A DNA stretch of 64,000 nucleotides from Tubulanus polymorphus (lineage: Eukaryota; Animalia; Nemertea). Where the stretch lies: the NCBI RefSeq assembly GCF_964204645.1, contig NC_134033.1, positions 1,508,131 to 1,572,130 of the forward strand. The letters run 5' to 3'. Each line of letters begins with the position of its first letter. Position 1 is the first letter of the stretch. Below the pieces are notes generated by a model that was given only the letters and a program-made list of their open reading frames with translations, was not told where the DNA came from and made no database searches. Position numbers and translations under genes: made by a program. This document shows positions 11,901-25,500 of the stretch, piece by piece.

Positions 11901-14900
11901 CTGTGTTTATCAAGAGCAGTGATTTGCCTTATTTCTGATGAGGGAGGCTGAAAATCTAGATGAAAGTTCATCGAAAATGAACTAGATTTTGACAGGGATG
12001 TCGCACTGATACGCACGCCATCTAGTGGGACAGCTTGTGGCGCAAAGTCCTCATCGTAGCCAATTTGGATGCCTGTGAAATTAAGAAAACTTAAAGAAAC
12101 AAGGATAATTCAAGGCTTTGTGATCTTCTGGGTCATTTTTGTTGGAAGGTAGCTGACTAACTACTAGCGACACCTGATGGATCCTAACTTGCCACGGTAT
12201 CAATGTGTGTTTCAGATTCGTTTGGAAGTTGTGAAAGTTGACGATAATGACAGTAGTACGTCTGTCGACAGCGAGGGGGAGCTGCCGTACTTGTCTATGA
12301 TATCGGGCAGTAAATCGCAAGGCAGTTTGATCGAAATGGATTCACTTCACGCTAAACGAGGGTATGTTAGTCTGCTCGCCCACTGTTAGATCCGTCTGCT
12401 CATGGAGAGTAGAGATCGCCCTCTGCATTTAAAACTACGTACTAAAATATTTGAAAATCATGCGCCGTGTCATTAAGTAAACAGGATATACTCTAAACAT
12501 TATAAACATGAAATTTTGTATTCCTGAAGATAGATGACTATTATTAAGATATACCAGTAGTTGAAACATTGAAATAAATTACCTCAAGGAAACATTTTGG
12601 GCGCATTTTTTTCTGCATTTTTTTTTGATTTTTTGGTCTTGAGTTGTTAGATTACCGGTAGCTTTAGAACTTCAAATTGGTCCTCAGCTGGTCCTAAATC
12701 TAAGCCATGGATATTCAACTGGCCCGTGAACTCAATTCGGGTCTAATTTAGTCAGTTCCAAATATTTCTAAGTCGCTAATAACTTCAAAATGATGAAGGT
12801 CATGGTGCAGGGAAAGTTACAAGTATTTATCTCGATATTTTGTTTTCAGGTTGGTAATGCGAGAGTTGATAGAGACCGAACGTCTTTACGTATCTGAGTT
12901 AAACAGTATCATTGTTGGATACCTGCATCAGTTACACAGTACCGAGATGAAACACGTCGTGCCAGACGCGTTGAAGGCGAAATCTTCGATACTGTTCGGT
13001 AACCTCGAGGAAATCTACGCCTTCCATTCCAAGTGAGTTTAATTCACGCGATGAAGTTGACCAGTTGAAATTGTGGCTCGGAAAATCTGAAATTTCGATT
13101 TGGAGACAAATTGTCGATTTCTGAATTAGCCCAGTTCCTCAGGTGTCAGTGTAAGGTTGACTCAGGTTGAAACTAATTCATTATCGATAGTTTTTGGTCT
13201 AGTAACTGTGGAACCTAGTCCAGATCTTTGGAACTTGGTCCAGTAACTGTTGAACTGGCTCCATAATTGTGGAACTGTCCTGTCCTGTGGCATGGTGGAT
13301 AAGGTGTTTGACTCACAACTGAGAGGTTGAGGGTTCGAATCCTAGTGAAACCATGCATTCAGGCAGGACACATATCAGTGTTCGTCGACTCACTGATTAA
13401 AAAAAGAAGACGCTGTGGGACAATGCCCAACTACGGGTCCTCCACATTACTCTAAAGAAGAAAAGAAGAAGAAGAACTGGGTTCAGTAACTGTTGAACTG
13501 AGTTCATAACTGTGGAACTGGGTTCAGTAACTGTTGAACTGAGTTCATAACTGTGGAACTGGGTTCAGTAACTGTTGAACTGAGTTCATAACTGTGGAAC
13601 TGGGTCCAAAAGTTTGGAACTGGATCCATAACCGTGGAACTGGCTACAGAACTATGAACCAGTAACTGTGGAACTGGTGCCAGTAAATGTGCAACTGTTT
13701 ATTCTGTAATTGTTTCACTTATTTCAGTATATTTCTGCGCGATTTAGAGAACTGTATCGACACGCCTTCCCTGGTCGGACAATGTTTCATAGACAGGGTA
13801 AATTATAAACTCGTGAATTGTGTAACTGAATCCTGGGACTGGAACTCATTTCATTTTGTCGATTTTCTTACAGAAAGGCGAGTTTCAAATCTATAGTAAA
13901 TACTGCCAGAATAAAACTCATTCGGACGGACTGCGAAAACTCATCGGTGACAATCACGAGTTCTTCAAAGAATGTCAGAAGAAACTGGGACATCGTTTAC
14001 CGCTGAGTGCTTACCTGCTGAAACCGGTTCAACGGATAACTAAATACCAACTACTACTCAAGGTATAGTTATGATTCCTCAAGCTTGGTTTAGTTTTAAG
14101 GCTGGTCCAGTTGATTTCATGATTCCAGAAGGCCGATCTAACAATCTTAGTCCAGTCTCTTGTTTTTCTACTAGGATAAGATTTGTCTTTCTAAAACCGA
14201 TTTCAATTCTGGAAACAACCTGATTTTAGTGTACGTCTGCTGCTAGTACACAAGGTCGTGTACGTCTGCTGCTAGTACACAAGGTCGTGTACGTCTGCTG
14301 CTAGTACACAAGGTCGTGTACGTCTGCTGCTAGTACACAAGGTCGTGTACGTCTGCTGCTAGTACACAAGGTCGTGTACGTCTGCTGCTAGTACACAAGG
14401 TCGTGTTGTTTGATGAAGTTGCGTTGATTATTTCAGGAGATGTATAAATACACTCAGAATGATATCGGTAACGAGGAACTAGAGGAGGCCGTCGACGCGA
14501 TGTTAGAGGTTTTACGTTACGTCAATGACATCATGCACAGCGTCGCCATCACCGGATTCAAGGTAGGAATAATTAAACGCAGAAATTAGAATTATCGCCG
14601 AGTGCTCACAAGGACCATTAGTTAGAACTCAGTGGTCAGTTTTATAGACTTATTGTCCGTTTTATAGACTAGTGGTCAGTAGGTTCATTTTGTAGTGGTC
14701 AGTTTGTTAGACCAATGGTAGTTAATTTTTAGAGACCAGTGGTCAGTTAAATATATACACCAGTGGTCAATCAGTTGGTCATCTTCCATAGACCAGTAGT
14801 CAGTAAGTTTTATAGACCAGTGGTCAGTCAGTTTAATAGACCAGTGGTCAGTAAGTTGTATAGACCAGTGGTCAGTTAGTTCTATAGACCAGTGGTCAGT

Positions 14901-17639
14901 CAATTTTATAGACCAGTGGTCAGTCAGTTTTATAGACCAGTGGTCAGTAAGTTGGATAGACCAGTGGTCAGTAAGTTGTAACACAAGTGACAAATCCAAC
15001 ACAAGTAATGATTATTCTCTTATTTTATTTTCAGGGTAATTTCGATGATTTGGGTAAATTTCTGATGCAAGGCCCGTTCAACGTGTGGGTCGAACGTAAG
15101 GATACGAAACTGAAGGATATGTATTCGCGTTTCACCGGTAAACCGATGCATCGTAACGTGTTCCTCTACGAGCGCGGAATTCTACTGTGTAAAAAACACG
15201 AAGATCCAAATCATATCGAAAAGGCGACGTATATATATAAAAACATGCTGAAGGTGAGAGAAATGTTTTATCGTCCTGGACGAGAGGTCAACACCTCAAT
15301 CTAAAACTAATCTTAGATCTTAATACAGGGGCCTGTTGCACTGTTGTGACTTAAGTCCAAAAGTAGTCTTAAATCTTAAGACTGGTCTTCAGTTGTTAGA
15401 GTGGCCATAGAACTAACTTGGTCTTAGACTGGTACTAAGTCTAAGCCACGACTATGCAACCGGCCCCTAGTCTTAAGTTACTAGATTGGCTATAGAACCA
15501 AAATGAGCTGAGACTGGTCTTAAGTTGTTAGATTGGCTATAGAACTAAAATGAGCTGAGACTGGTGTTGAGTTGTTAGATTGGCTTTAGAACTAAAATGA
15601 GTTTAGACTGGTCTTAAGTTGTTAGATTGGCTATGGAACCAAAATGAGCTTATACTGGTCTTAAGTTGTAAAATTGGCTATAGAACCAAAATGAGCTTAG
15701 ACTGGTCTTAAGTTGTTAGATTGGTTATAGAACCAAAATGAGTTTAGACTGGTCTGACATTGTTAGATTGGCTTTAAAACCAAAATGAGTTTAGAACTAT
15801 TGGATAAGGTCTATGCTTAAGCTAAACTGCTGCAAATTCTTTTTGTAATTTATTTCAGATGTCCGACATCGGACTGACGGAGAACGTCAAAACCGACAAG
15901 AAAAAGTTCGAAATCTGGTCTCAAGGTCGTACCGAAGTGTACATCTGCCAGGCTTTGACGCAGGAGATGAAATTGCTTTGGTTGAAAGAAATAAAACGTG
16001 TTTTGATGCTGCAGTTCGCTTCATTGAAAGGTTAGAGTAAAACTTGTTAAGCGTGAATCTTGCATAGGAATTTTTTTCTTACTTAAAATCAGGGGTTAGT
16101 TGTAGGGTTGTGACTGAAGTCCAAAAGTGGTCTTAAATCATAAGACCAGTCTGAAATGTTTAGATTGGCTATAGAACTGAGTAGTTGGTCTAAAACTGGT
16201 CTTCAGTTGTTAGACTGGCTATAGAACCAAAATGACTAGTTCAATCTAAGTTTAGAATAAGTTTGTTATTTGTATGACGTGATATACTTCAATATAGCAT
16301 AGTTTTTCACTCCTAAAATGTGGATTTTTTGGTCAATATCTCTTCAGAACAACAAGTCCGGATCCGTAAAGGATCGATGGTCACTCTCACGTCTGTCGGG
16401 TCGAACAGTAGCGCGGAGACGGATAACATTTCCTGTAGCAGGTAAGATCCTTTTACGTATTCCACTTCCATGGTTCCACTGTTTAAAATATTGGTTGCGT
16501 TCAATTTTAGTTTTAAGTGAAAATAGTCGAAACAAATATTTGTTCTGTGCTAGTAAAATATTTGAAAATTAGCCGTCTAACTGGCTCCTGTATCTCCCAT
16601 ATTTTTCAGTCGACCTGCTTCCGTTTTTTCGCGTATCGAAAACAACAATCCGGGCGTCATACCGGAAGACAGCGCTGACTATCGTTACGACGAAGGCTGG
16701 ACGTCGGAGGAATTTGATTCAGAAGATGACAGCGGCGCGTATCCTAGCTCTTCTAGTTTACAGGTAATAACAGGTTCTACGTTAACATAGACACAAGTGA
16801 ATTTATTTCGTTCAAGAAAATCCTAAGTTTGACTGATTCAATCCTATCATTTATTTTCCAAGCTTCTAATAGTTTTTTCTTTAAAATTGCAAGAAAGTTT
16901 CTTGTTTTCAAGTGTTGAATATTCAAATTTTGAATTATTAACTGTTGCGTTTGTTGCAAACTAACGGTTCTTTTATGTCATCATAAAATCAATCATCGTT
17001 AATCGCGTATGCGCTTCTTTCGAGCGTTCGCGACATTCAAATTTTGAATTCTAACGGTTTTGTTTGTTGTAGAATTGTTTGTTATTACACTATGCCGCGT
17101 TGGCAGACTATCACCGCGTCGATGACTCCGAATTGAGTATGAAGGAAGGCGATCTGGTCGACGTGCTGAAATGCGGCTCCGAGGGCTGGTGGTACGTGCG
17201 TCACGTATCCCGCGGCGACGAGGGATGGGTTCCGTCGAGTTATCTCGAGGTCGAATCTCAACGAGGATCTCGATCGACTTTATCAGTTAGCAGTATTGGT
17301 AAGTTTTATTCAATATGGCCACTATGGCAGCCAGTTCAGTTTTAGATATGGCCACCATTGGAGCTAGTTTGGTTTTCAATATGGCGACCATGGAAACTAG
17401 TTTAGTTTTGAATATAGCCACCATGGCAGCTAGTTCAGTTTTCAATATGGCCACCATGGCAGCTAGTTTAGTTTTCAATATGGCCACCATGGCAGCTTAT
17501 TTCATTTCCACCGTAAATTTATTTTGATTCGTCATTTTCAGAATCGACTAACGGAAACCAACACAGCGTATCCAGTAGTCATAGCAACCTCATGAAAATA
17601 AGCAGCAGCATTACGCATCTCGACGGTACATCCGTGTAA
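2995..17639 (+). CDS. MCF2L: Guanine nucleotide exchange factor DBS / MCF2L-like RhoGEF (Sec14-spectrin-DH-PH-SH3), 20 exons, about 1128 aa from ATG 3003
   Basis: AG/GT-bounded exons join in one open frame: 2995(ATG 3003)-3199, 4888-4978, 6249-6362, 7242-7358, 7672-7985, 8536-8650, 9324-9635, 10762-10953, 11416-11673, 12216-12361, 12850-13032, 13728-13797, 13874-14062, 14437-14562, 15035-15253, 15859-16030, 16348-16441, 16610-16763, 17073-17298, 17542-17639(TAA). Total 3387 nt from the ATG. Recognised DBS-family motifs: GFVIIVDRRRDKWSSVK and LRPKGFFQR (Sec14); FWSKHEKKLGQCLQLRKFEEDF and YAVDCIRPKCMEL (spectrin); VMRELIETERLYV and YLLKPVQRITKYQLLLKE (DH); IGLTENV..DKKKFEIW (PH); ALADY..ELSMKEGD..GWW..EGWVPSSYL (SH3). 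Further 5' exons may lie upstream. Confidence 0.95.
3340..3610. repeat. 77-bp tandem repeat carrying a CCACCAGGTGTCGCTA motif
   Basis: Motif at 3356, 3433 and 3510 (period 77). Confidence 0.85.
5757..6022 (+). mobile_element. piggyBac-like MITE, copy 2
   Basis: TTAA|CCCTTTCAGTGC ... GCACTGAAAGGG|TTAA: perfect 12-bp TIR and TTAA target duplication. Confidence 0.88.
6955..7194. mobile_element. MITE with about 30-bp imperfect TIR (Harbinger-like)
   Basis: GGCCATCCCAAATTAATTGTCTGTTTGCCGTAAC ... GTTACGGCAAACAGACCATCATTTTGGGAT; the extreme right tip is eroded. Confidence 0.65.
8785..9125. repeat. 20/21-bp minisatellite (same family as 2585-2945)
   Basis: CAGCAACTGTGGAACTGGATC repeats. Confidence 0.93.
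9655..10390. repeat. About 47-bp minisatellite CAATCTAACAACTTAAGACCAGTCTAAGCTCATTTTAGTTCTATAGC, inside a MITE-like frame
   Basis: About 14 copies. An inverted array lies at about 15470-15800. Confidence 0.92.
13278..13476 (+). mobile_element. tRNA-derived SINE with (AAG)n tail, in an MCF2L intron
   Basis: A-box TGGCATGGTGG, B-box GGTTCGAATCC, tail AAAGAAGAAAAGAAGAAGAAG. Flanked by GAACTG of the host minisatellite. Confidence 0.8.
14229..14402. repeat. Perfect 29-bp x6 minisatellite
   Basis: GTGTACGTCTGCTGCTAGTACACAAGGTC repeated identically six times. Confidence 0.97.
14620..14975. repeat. 24-bp minisatellite TATAGACCAGTGGTCAGT...
   Basis: Directly visible. Confidence 0.9.
15328..15467. 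mobile_element. Short MITE (GGGGCCGGTTGCA-type TIR) containing the AACTTAAGACCAGTCT unit
   Basis: GGGGCCTGTTGCA ... TGCAACCGGCCCC. Related copies at about 51088-51230 and 16090-16240. Confidence 0.7.
17310..17500. repeat. 33-bp minisatellite filling the last MCF2L intron
   Basis: AATATGGCCACCATGGCAGCTAGTTTAGTTTTC-like, about 6 copies. Confidence 0.9.
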
Positions 17640-20600
17640 CCACGGTAACCAGTAAACGCCATCCGGATTCCGGATGCTGGGTACTGTGATTAACTACCGC
17701 TTCGCGCAGGCGCCGGCCTCGTGAACGTCCTATGGCTATCACTATACAGTGGCAGCGCGTGCGGACTCATATTTTGACGCAGGATTTAATGGGGCCAGTA
17801 TGGAATCTTTATATGCAACGAACACTGTTGGACTAACGTGCCGTTATCAAGGCGACCAATTCTATCGGAATAATACCACGCATTACTATTCACATATTCC
17901 ACTTGTTTAAAGTTGATAACAGCAACAGCAGCTGCAGCAGCAGCAGCAGCATCAGCGGCAATTTAACATCTTTTGTTTACTTAACACAATGATTCATGAA
18001 TAGATACATGATACACCTTTAACTGTGTTAGAATTCTATATAACATGTTTACAATTGTATGATAGGTAGACCTACTCTGTATGGTTATAATTAGGTTCAC
18101 TATTCTACAGTAGGTAGACCTACCCTGTAAACTCCTATTCTACATAAGGTTCACAATTCTACAGTAGGTTCATCGAGTATCGATATCAATTTGCGTACAT
18201 TGTTAAAACGGTTCTATCACCCTTCGTTAGTGGTGGTGGCAGAGTATCTGAAGGTTTTCCTCTGACCTCCCAACTCTTTTTGAGAAAGAGGGTAATGATA
18301 TCCTGAGTGGAGCTCAGCAAGTTCAAGAATGTCAGTATATGATCCCAGGAGAATCAGTGTATCATCTCGGCTTGACCCCCAGACATCAGTTCCGTACCTG
18401 ACTCGGACAGCAATCGGTTTTAAATGATAAATATATTGAACTATTGAATGTAGATTGTCTCCTGTATCTCATATCATTTACATTCCCGAATATTTAAAGA
18501 TATTTTAAAGAAACTATTTATGTTTTGTTACAGTATGATATGTTTATATATATTTCATCCTGCCATTTTATTTATTTTTCCACTATTTGTTTATGATGAT
18601 ATTTTGTGCGCGTCTTTTGATTTATGTTTTTTCAACCGCTGCGGTTTCGCTATTTTAGAAAAATGCTTTATTCATAATTTGTTCTCTACATTCCAGCCAC
18701 AATCAATAGCTTTTATTAAACAGGACCCAATTCGACAGTTAGTGGATCCAGTTCCACAGTTAGTGGATCCAGTTCCACAGTTAGTGGATCCAGTTCCACA
18801 GTTACTGGACTCAGTTACACAATTCTTTATCTAGTTCTACAGTTGCTGGATTCAGTTCAACAGTTATCACAGGTTTTACATTGAACTTAATTTGAGTATT
18901 TGAACTATTAATTTGAATGTGCAGTTAATTTGAAAATTTGAGCAGTTAATTTGAATACCGTATTTGAGCAGTAAATTTGAAGATTTGAGCAGTTAATTTG
19001 AATATTTGAACTGTTAACTTGAATACCGTATTTGAGCAGTTAATTTGAAGATTTGAGAAGTTAATTTGAATTTTTTACCGTCCTGTATATGCCGTTAAAT
19101 ATATATATGCCGTCCTCTCAATCAATGATATTGATCTTGTGTTGTTAGGCTTTTGCTTTCGTCCATTCACAGTACAGTGACTGTATAATGTCACTGTACT
19201 TACTTTGTATCTCGATTATCTTCTCTTTTACATATGTTTTAATATTTTAAAGACAATTTTTGTATCCCTCACGTCTCTGTACATCTCTATATACCGTTCT
19301 CGAAAGATGGTTGGCTCCGTAATTCCCTGTATGACATCATCAAATTCCCAATGGTCTCTGATCTAGACCCTTCCAAGATGGCCATAGTCGTAGGTGATTG
19401 TTGATGTACATCATAAGGGGATTTATGAAGGCTGGCATATTTTTAGGAAGGGCGTCCTAAAGATAAAATCATCTCCAGTTCAATTCAATGATGTCATAGT
19501 GGGATTCATGGAGGCAGCCATCTTTTCTGAATTCTCAACCCTGAAGGTGGTTGGTTTTTTCGTGAGATTGTAATTTTCGCTTGCCTCCGATATTTTATAC
19601 CTGTCCTTCGCAGCAGGTGGCGCTAGGCATCTGCTGGATGAATGGATCAACGGCGCAGAAATCTCTGATATTTCTGCGTTCATTTCGATAAACTAAGTAC
19701 AAATATCTCTGCAGTTCGAAGGTCTCCAGATCTGGTCCGGAGTCACAATTTCGGGTTTTAGACTCAACTATAATTTGTCTAAAACCAAAACATAGACAGG
19801 CTTTTTAGGGCCCAGAAGTGCAGTTGCGTTTTCAGCCCGAAAGCGGTCTTTCAAGTTTGAACCTAATCAAGTCCTAGATCAAAACTTCGACTATGCTACT
19901 GGCCCCAAGTCAGGGCACTGGCTCCGGAGACCTTCACGCGCTTTCTGGTAGAGACTTTATTTTGTACTTATTAGAAGGACAGATAAATATTGGTTCCACG
20001 GTGAAGAGCAGAATTTCATCTTGTTAAAAGTTACCTTTCATAACTGGTTTAGTGTTTCGTGTAAATTAATTACTGGTTGAGGGCTCCGTGTGGAAGGCTC
20101 CTGGTGGAGGACTCCACATGGATGACTGGTTTGTTTTATTAATCTCTGCGTTGGGGGCTGGTTTCATGGAGAATTCCTCCTCATATTGAATCAGCCCTCG
20201 GTTATTTCGGTTTTCAGTTTGTTTCGCATTTTCGAGATCTCCGCATTCTGCATTTAGTTCTGCTCTTGTTTAAAACGGACCTTAGTGTTGTCGCGTAATT
20301 TAGACGAGCAATTATTCAACTTATCGAATCATGCCAATTCAATATCTGGTTTAGAATATTAGCGTCGGGTGTTTAGCTAATTTAAGCATCAAAAAACGAA
20401 TTCCGTAGAACCTGATTAAGAGAAAACCCGCTGTTTCAATCTAAATAACTGTTTATTCTTACGTCTCCGTTCCTCTTCAGAGTTTATTTCACAATGGACA
20501 TATGTGGTAGAATTCAACTCAAAGTAAGAAAAATTAGATTGATAACTTCGGTTTCTCTCGTCAAGACTGGACATAGTTTCAACTATTTACAACTGTGGAA

Positions 20601-21499
20601 CCTCGTTACATCAAACCTCGGGACGCTAGAAACGTATGTTTGTTAAAAACGATACTTTGTTCATTCAAATTGTGTCATTTTTGACAAGTTTGATAGATAC
20701 ATAGGTAAATCCCAAGGTTCCGCTGTTAATTCTTAGAAGCATTGGTTGATATAGTGATAAAGGGGGGAGTAAATTATTGAGAAGTGCTATTATTTGTGTG
20801 GGGGAGGGAACTTCGCAAAGTGATAGGGTTTTTAATTTTCTAGGCTGTCAGATTTTAGAAGCGCATCCATTGAAAAAATGCACATTAAACTCTGCTATCT
20901 GGAATCCAACTTGAATATCAGTGTATAGTATTTATTAGTACCTATTAGGTATTCCTATCAGTCCACTACTACATATTAACTGCTGTTCAACAGTATTTGT
21001 TAAAGGCCTGATAAATCATTGTGATATTCAAGTTCCAACACTTTCAGTCAAATACATTAGAATCTGTCTCTGCGGTTATGTTGAGACCGGTAAAATTCTA
21101 CCCCGAGTTTGTGTCAAATACTGAGTACCGGCAAGAGTTTGTGAAATACAGTAGATTATGTTTCCTACCACAGATAAAGTGATGTTGGACCATAAAATTG
21201 GGGTCAAATTTGGAAATCTAAAAGATTTTGAAAGTTAATGTCTTACAGGAGTCCTCTGTATTTCCACATGTTTATGTAATCAATGTCTTAATCACTGTAA
21301 ATACCGATGGTCTACGTGACGTAGGAATTAAAGTTTCCGTGTAAAAATGCTATTCCTGCATCAGAATAAATTATTGTTCTTATTTGTAAGTTAAATATTA
21401 TCAGGATGTTGTTTATATCACTGCTGTCGGACTATTCAGAGATCAGTTCAAACTGTTTTCATCCTCTAGAACTGTACCGTGTTCAAACCTACTCGGAAT

Positions 21500-21900
21500 C
21501 ACTACCATCACCATCATCACCATCATCTCTACCATCACCTTCCCCAGCATCACCATCCCTTCCCCAGTATCACCACCACCTTCCCCAGCATCGCCACCAC
21601 CTTCCCCAGCATCGCTATCACCTTCCCCAGTATCACCACCACCTTCCCCAGTATCACCACCACCTTCCCCAGTATCACCACCACCTTCCCCAGTACCACC
21701 ATCACCTTCCCTAGCATCGCCATAACCTTCCCCGCATCGCCATCACCTTCCCCAGCATCGCCATCACCTTCCCCAACATCGCCATCACCTTTCCCAACAT
21801 CGCCATCACCTTCCCCAGCACCGCCATCACCTTCCCCGGCATCGTCATCACCTTCCCCGGCATCGCCATCACCTTCCCCGGCATCGCCATCACCTTCTAC
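21500..21900. repeat. 21-bp C-rich minisatellite CCATCACCTTCCCCAGCATCG
   Basis: Directly visible. Confidence 0.93.
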
Positions 21901-22574
21901 AGAAAAACTCGGCACCAGCAGAGAAGCGTAACATCCTTGACATCATCCCAGCTTTTACAGGGTGGTTCTTATCAACTCAACAGATGTTATATTGGGGAAA
22001 AACAACTCGAAAAACTTAACATTCAACGGCATCAGGTCAATGTCATCTTCACTTCAGTTTTCTGGTTTTACTAATGTGACTGAGTAAGAATTGTTTAATA
22101 AAGAGACTCTAGTTTACACTTAACACAAACTTAACACAAAAAAACAAAATGGTTTCCACGGTAGTTTTATTTGCAATATCACACGCGAAATAGATTTGTT
22201 GAGAAAATTCAGTTTGAAATATTTGTATTCTACATAAAGTAAAAGTGCTCCCAATTCCTATTAATTTGCACCAGTGATTTGTGGATGACTTGAGCTATGT
22301 CCGTTAAATCGGAGATACACATTAGATTAGTTGAACGAACGTCTATTGCAAATAGTTTTAAGATTCATTTAAGTGATGGTAGAATATCTGATATAACAAC
22401 TTCATATATTTGAAATGTATTCGTTAAGATATTGAAGTTGAAATATTTGCAGGGTCAGTGTGGTATTATCTAGTCAGTGGTGCCGTTGTCTATTGAACCG
22501 CAAATGACCGAACCGCATTATTATCATCAAAACGCCTGTCGCTCTCTCCCCGACTATACTAGAAATACCCCGAT

Positions 22575-25500
22575 TCAAATTTACTCTTAAGCCTAATTCT
22601 TTCATAGAAAATTGTTTCTTTAGTAGTTTCCGAGCATTGTTTTTCTGGTCACAGTGTTAGTGGTAGTTGAATGTACTAATTTACAGAATAAAATTTAATT
22701 TGCTTGAAGTTCTTCCTTTGGCATGTGAGCCTACCGCTTTACCGGATGCTAATACATTCCGCAGACAAAAGAGTTCTATCAAAAATGGTTTAAAATTCGT
22801 TTTAAAAAGATGATCCCCTTCGATAAACCTTAAACGATAGTAGAATTATTCATATACAATGGAATCGTATTAGATAATCAACGAAATTCGGCTAAGAAAA
22901 ATATCTGTATTGCTCGCATGCCACAGTAAGATCGCGAGGCTGAGTTAAATATTTACCGTACAGTGCTGCCCCTATGAATAACGATAGCGGAATTTCTGCG
23001 AACTAAAATAGCGCATATTTACCGCCGGAATTTAAATGTCCTTATTACGTACAATACGGACTAGTGTGTCGTCTAATTCTGATTAAATATGATACTATGA
23101 ATACTTTCTGAATTTTGTATGATATTGCCTTAATTCTTAGGTAACATATTTAATTCTTTTTAGCTTAAATTCACTTACTTATCAATCAATACAGTATTTA
23201 TATGCAGAATTGGTTATTTATTTACATTTTTGAATGATAATTTATCATCTGAATTGACAAAATGTCCATATTTTTTCCTCAATATATTCTAATTGCTCGC
23301 AAATAATCAGGGAACATACAAACACCTGTCGCTCTCTCCCAGACCATACTAGAAATATTCCGATTCAAATTTACTCTTTCTAAGGCTTATTCTTTTATAG
23401 AAAAATTGTTTGGTTCAAACTTTTAGAACAGTTTCGAGAATTTGAGAATTTTCCTCGGAACCCGGCCCGCAAATCGGTAATTAGTTCGTCCACTACTGCC
23501 GTTGGAAGGCTCTGGCAAGCGAGTATTATGTTAGTTCACGTTTTCCACGCTATCGTTATACATAGCGGCAGCACTAGACGGTCGAGATTGGGTTGATCGC
23601 GCAAATTTTACTGTGGAGCGGGCTCAATTCAATCGCTAAATCTTTATTTACAATGAACTCAATTGATAAAGCCACGATGTTTTTAAATATACGAATTTTG
23701 ATATTGGGTCAAAAGACAAGAATTCATGATATTTCATATCCTCACTCAGGGACGCACAGGGGGACCTCACCCCAGTTGACTTCGGCGCAAGACACGTCGT
23801 CACGACACTGAGCAGGTGAGTGAGGGACCTACTACATTTATTCTGAATCAGCCAGTCTTTGTTACACTACGGGTTCCGGGTTGTCCGGGTAACGACGGCT
23901 AGGTGCTAGGCTAACAGGGACCTCACTCGGTGTCAAAAACCACTTTCTAGCCTACACGGGCCGCACTACCATAGCCGCTTGCATTGCACATGGTGCAGGT
24001 GATAGTTTCACAAATCTTGTTGGTTGAGACCAGCTGACTCGACCAGTTAGTTACACCAGCTTTCTCCCACTGCCACAGGCTGCCTGGGCTCTTGTGTAAA
24101 ACGAGAATCTGTTAATCCAATGTCGTACTGAAAACTGCTGAAAACTTTTGCCTCAGCCTTTACTTTGTCAGAGTAATTGTACTGTTTTGCTTCCCTTTTC
24201 ACCCATCCTCCCTCAACCTCACCCCAACCTCCCCCAACCTCTCATCCCATCCTCCCCCAACCTCTCACATCATCCTCCCTCAACCTCTCACCCCATCCTC
24301 CCTCAACCTCACCCCAACCTCCCCCAACCTCTCATCCCATCCTCCCCAACCTCTCACATCATCCTCCCTCAACCTCTCACCCCATCCTCCCTCAACCTCA
24401 CACCAACCTCCCCCAACCTCGCATCCCATCCTCCCCCAATCTCTCACATCATCCTCCCTCAACCTCTCATCCCATCCTCCCTCAACCTCACCCCAACCTC
24501 TGACCTCAACCTCCCCCAACCTCTCACCCCATTGTCCCCAACCTCATCACCCCCTCCTCCCCAACCTCATCACCCCATTGTCCCCAACCTCATCACCCCC
24601 TCCTCCCCAACCTCTCACCCCATCCTCCCACAACCTCATCACCCCATCCTCCCTCAACCTCATCACCCCATCCTCCCCCAACCTCTCAGTCAGTCTTCCT
24701 GTTAATGTAATTTCAATTTTATATTTCAGGTTTTCCTCTGTCGGGCTGTCGTGTGTAAACTTCATCATGAATACTGGACGTGGTGGACTTCAACTGAAAT
24801 TCATCACAGTTTTACTTCTTCAGTCAACTTTTTCCGGACTACTAGTCAACTAACCCGACTATTAGTCAACTAACCGGACTACTAGTCAACTAACCGGACC
24901 ACTAGTCAACTAACCGGACTATTAGTGAACTAACTGGACTATACGTGAACTTACCGGACTATTAGTGAACTAACTGGACTATTTAGTCAACTAACCGGAC
25001 TAAAGTGGATTGATACTCATAAAAAAACAGGCAGTGGTGGACTCCAGGAGGTGTGGAACTCTGTATGTGGATTTGTGGAACTCGGTGGACTACCATTACT
25101 GCTAGACAAGGGCTAGTGAGTGTGTGAGTAGAATTTCTAATAAGTTTCCAAAACAATTATGAGAAAGCAGTTTATCTGTAAACACTGTTTACTGCATTTC
25201 ATAAGAGTTGTCAATGTGGTTATTTGAAGCAGCCTGTAATTGTGTAGCAGGAATTATAATACAGGGTTTTAGTAAGAGCATCAATTTCTACCTTAAAAAT
25301 TAATTGAATATTTGACATCATTGAATAAAATTCTTTTTTTGGACCGAATTTCCCAGGCAAATTTCATCAAAATTTGTGACGAAATTAAGGGGGTCAAAAC
25401 ACGAAATCCTGAATATCTCATTTTAATTGCCTCGGATCCAAAATCTAACCTCATATTTGTAATCAGCACCCCAAAAAACATGTCTGCACTAAGTTTCATT

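Noticed and set aside
13278-13355. tRNA genes here and at 30408, about 32900 and about 58120
   Set aside because: A and B boxes are present but acceptor stems do not pair, and SINE-like bodies or tails follow. Treated as SINE heads.
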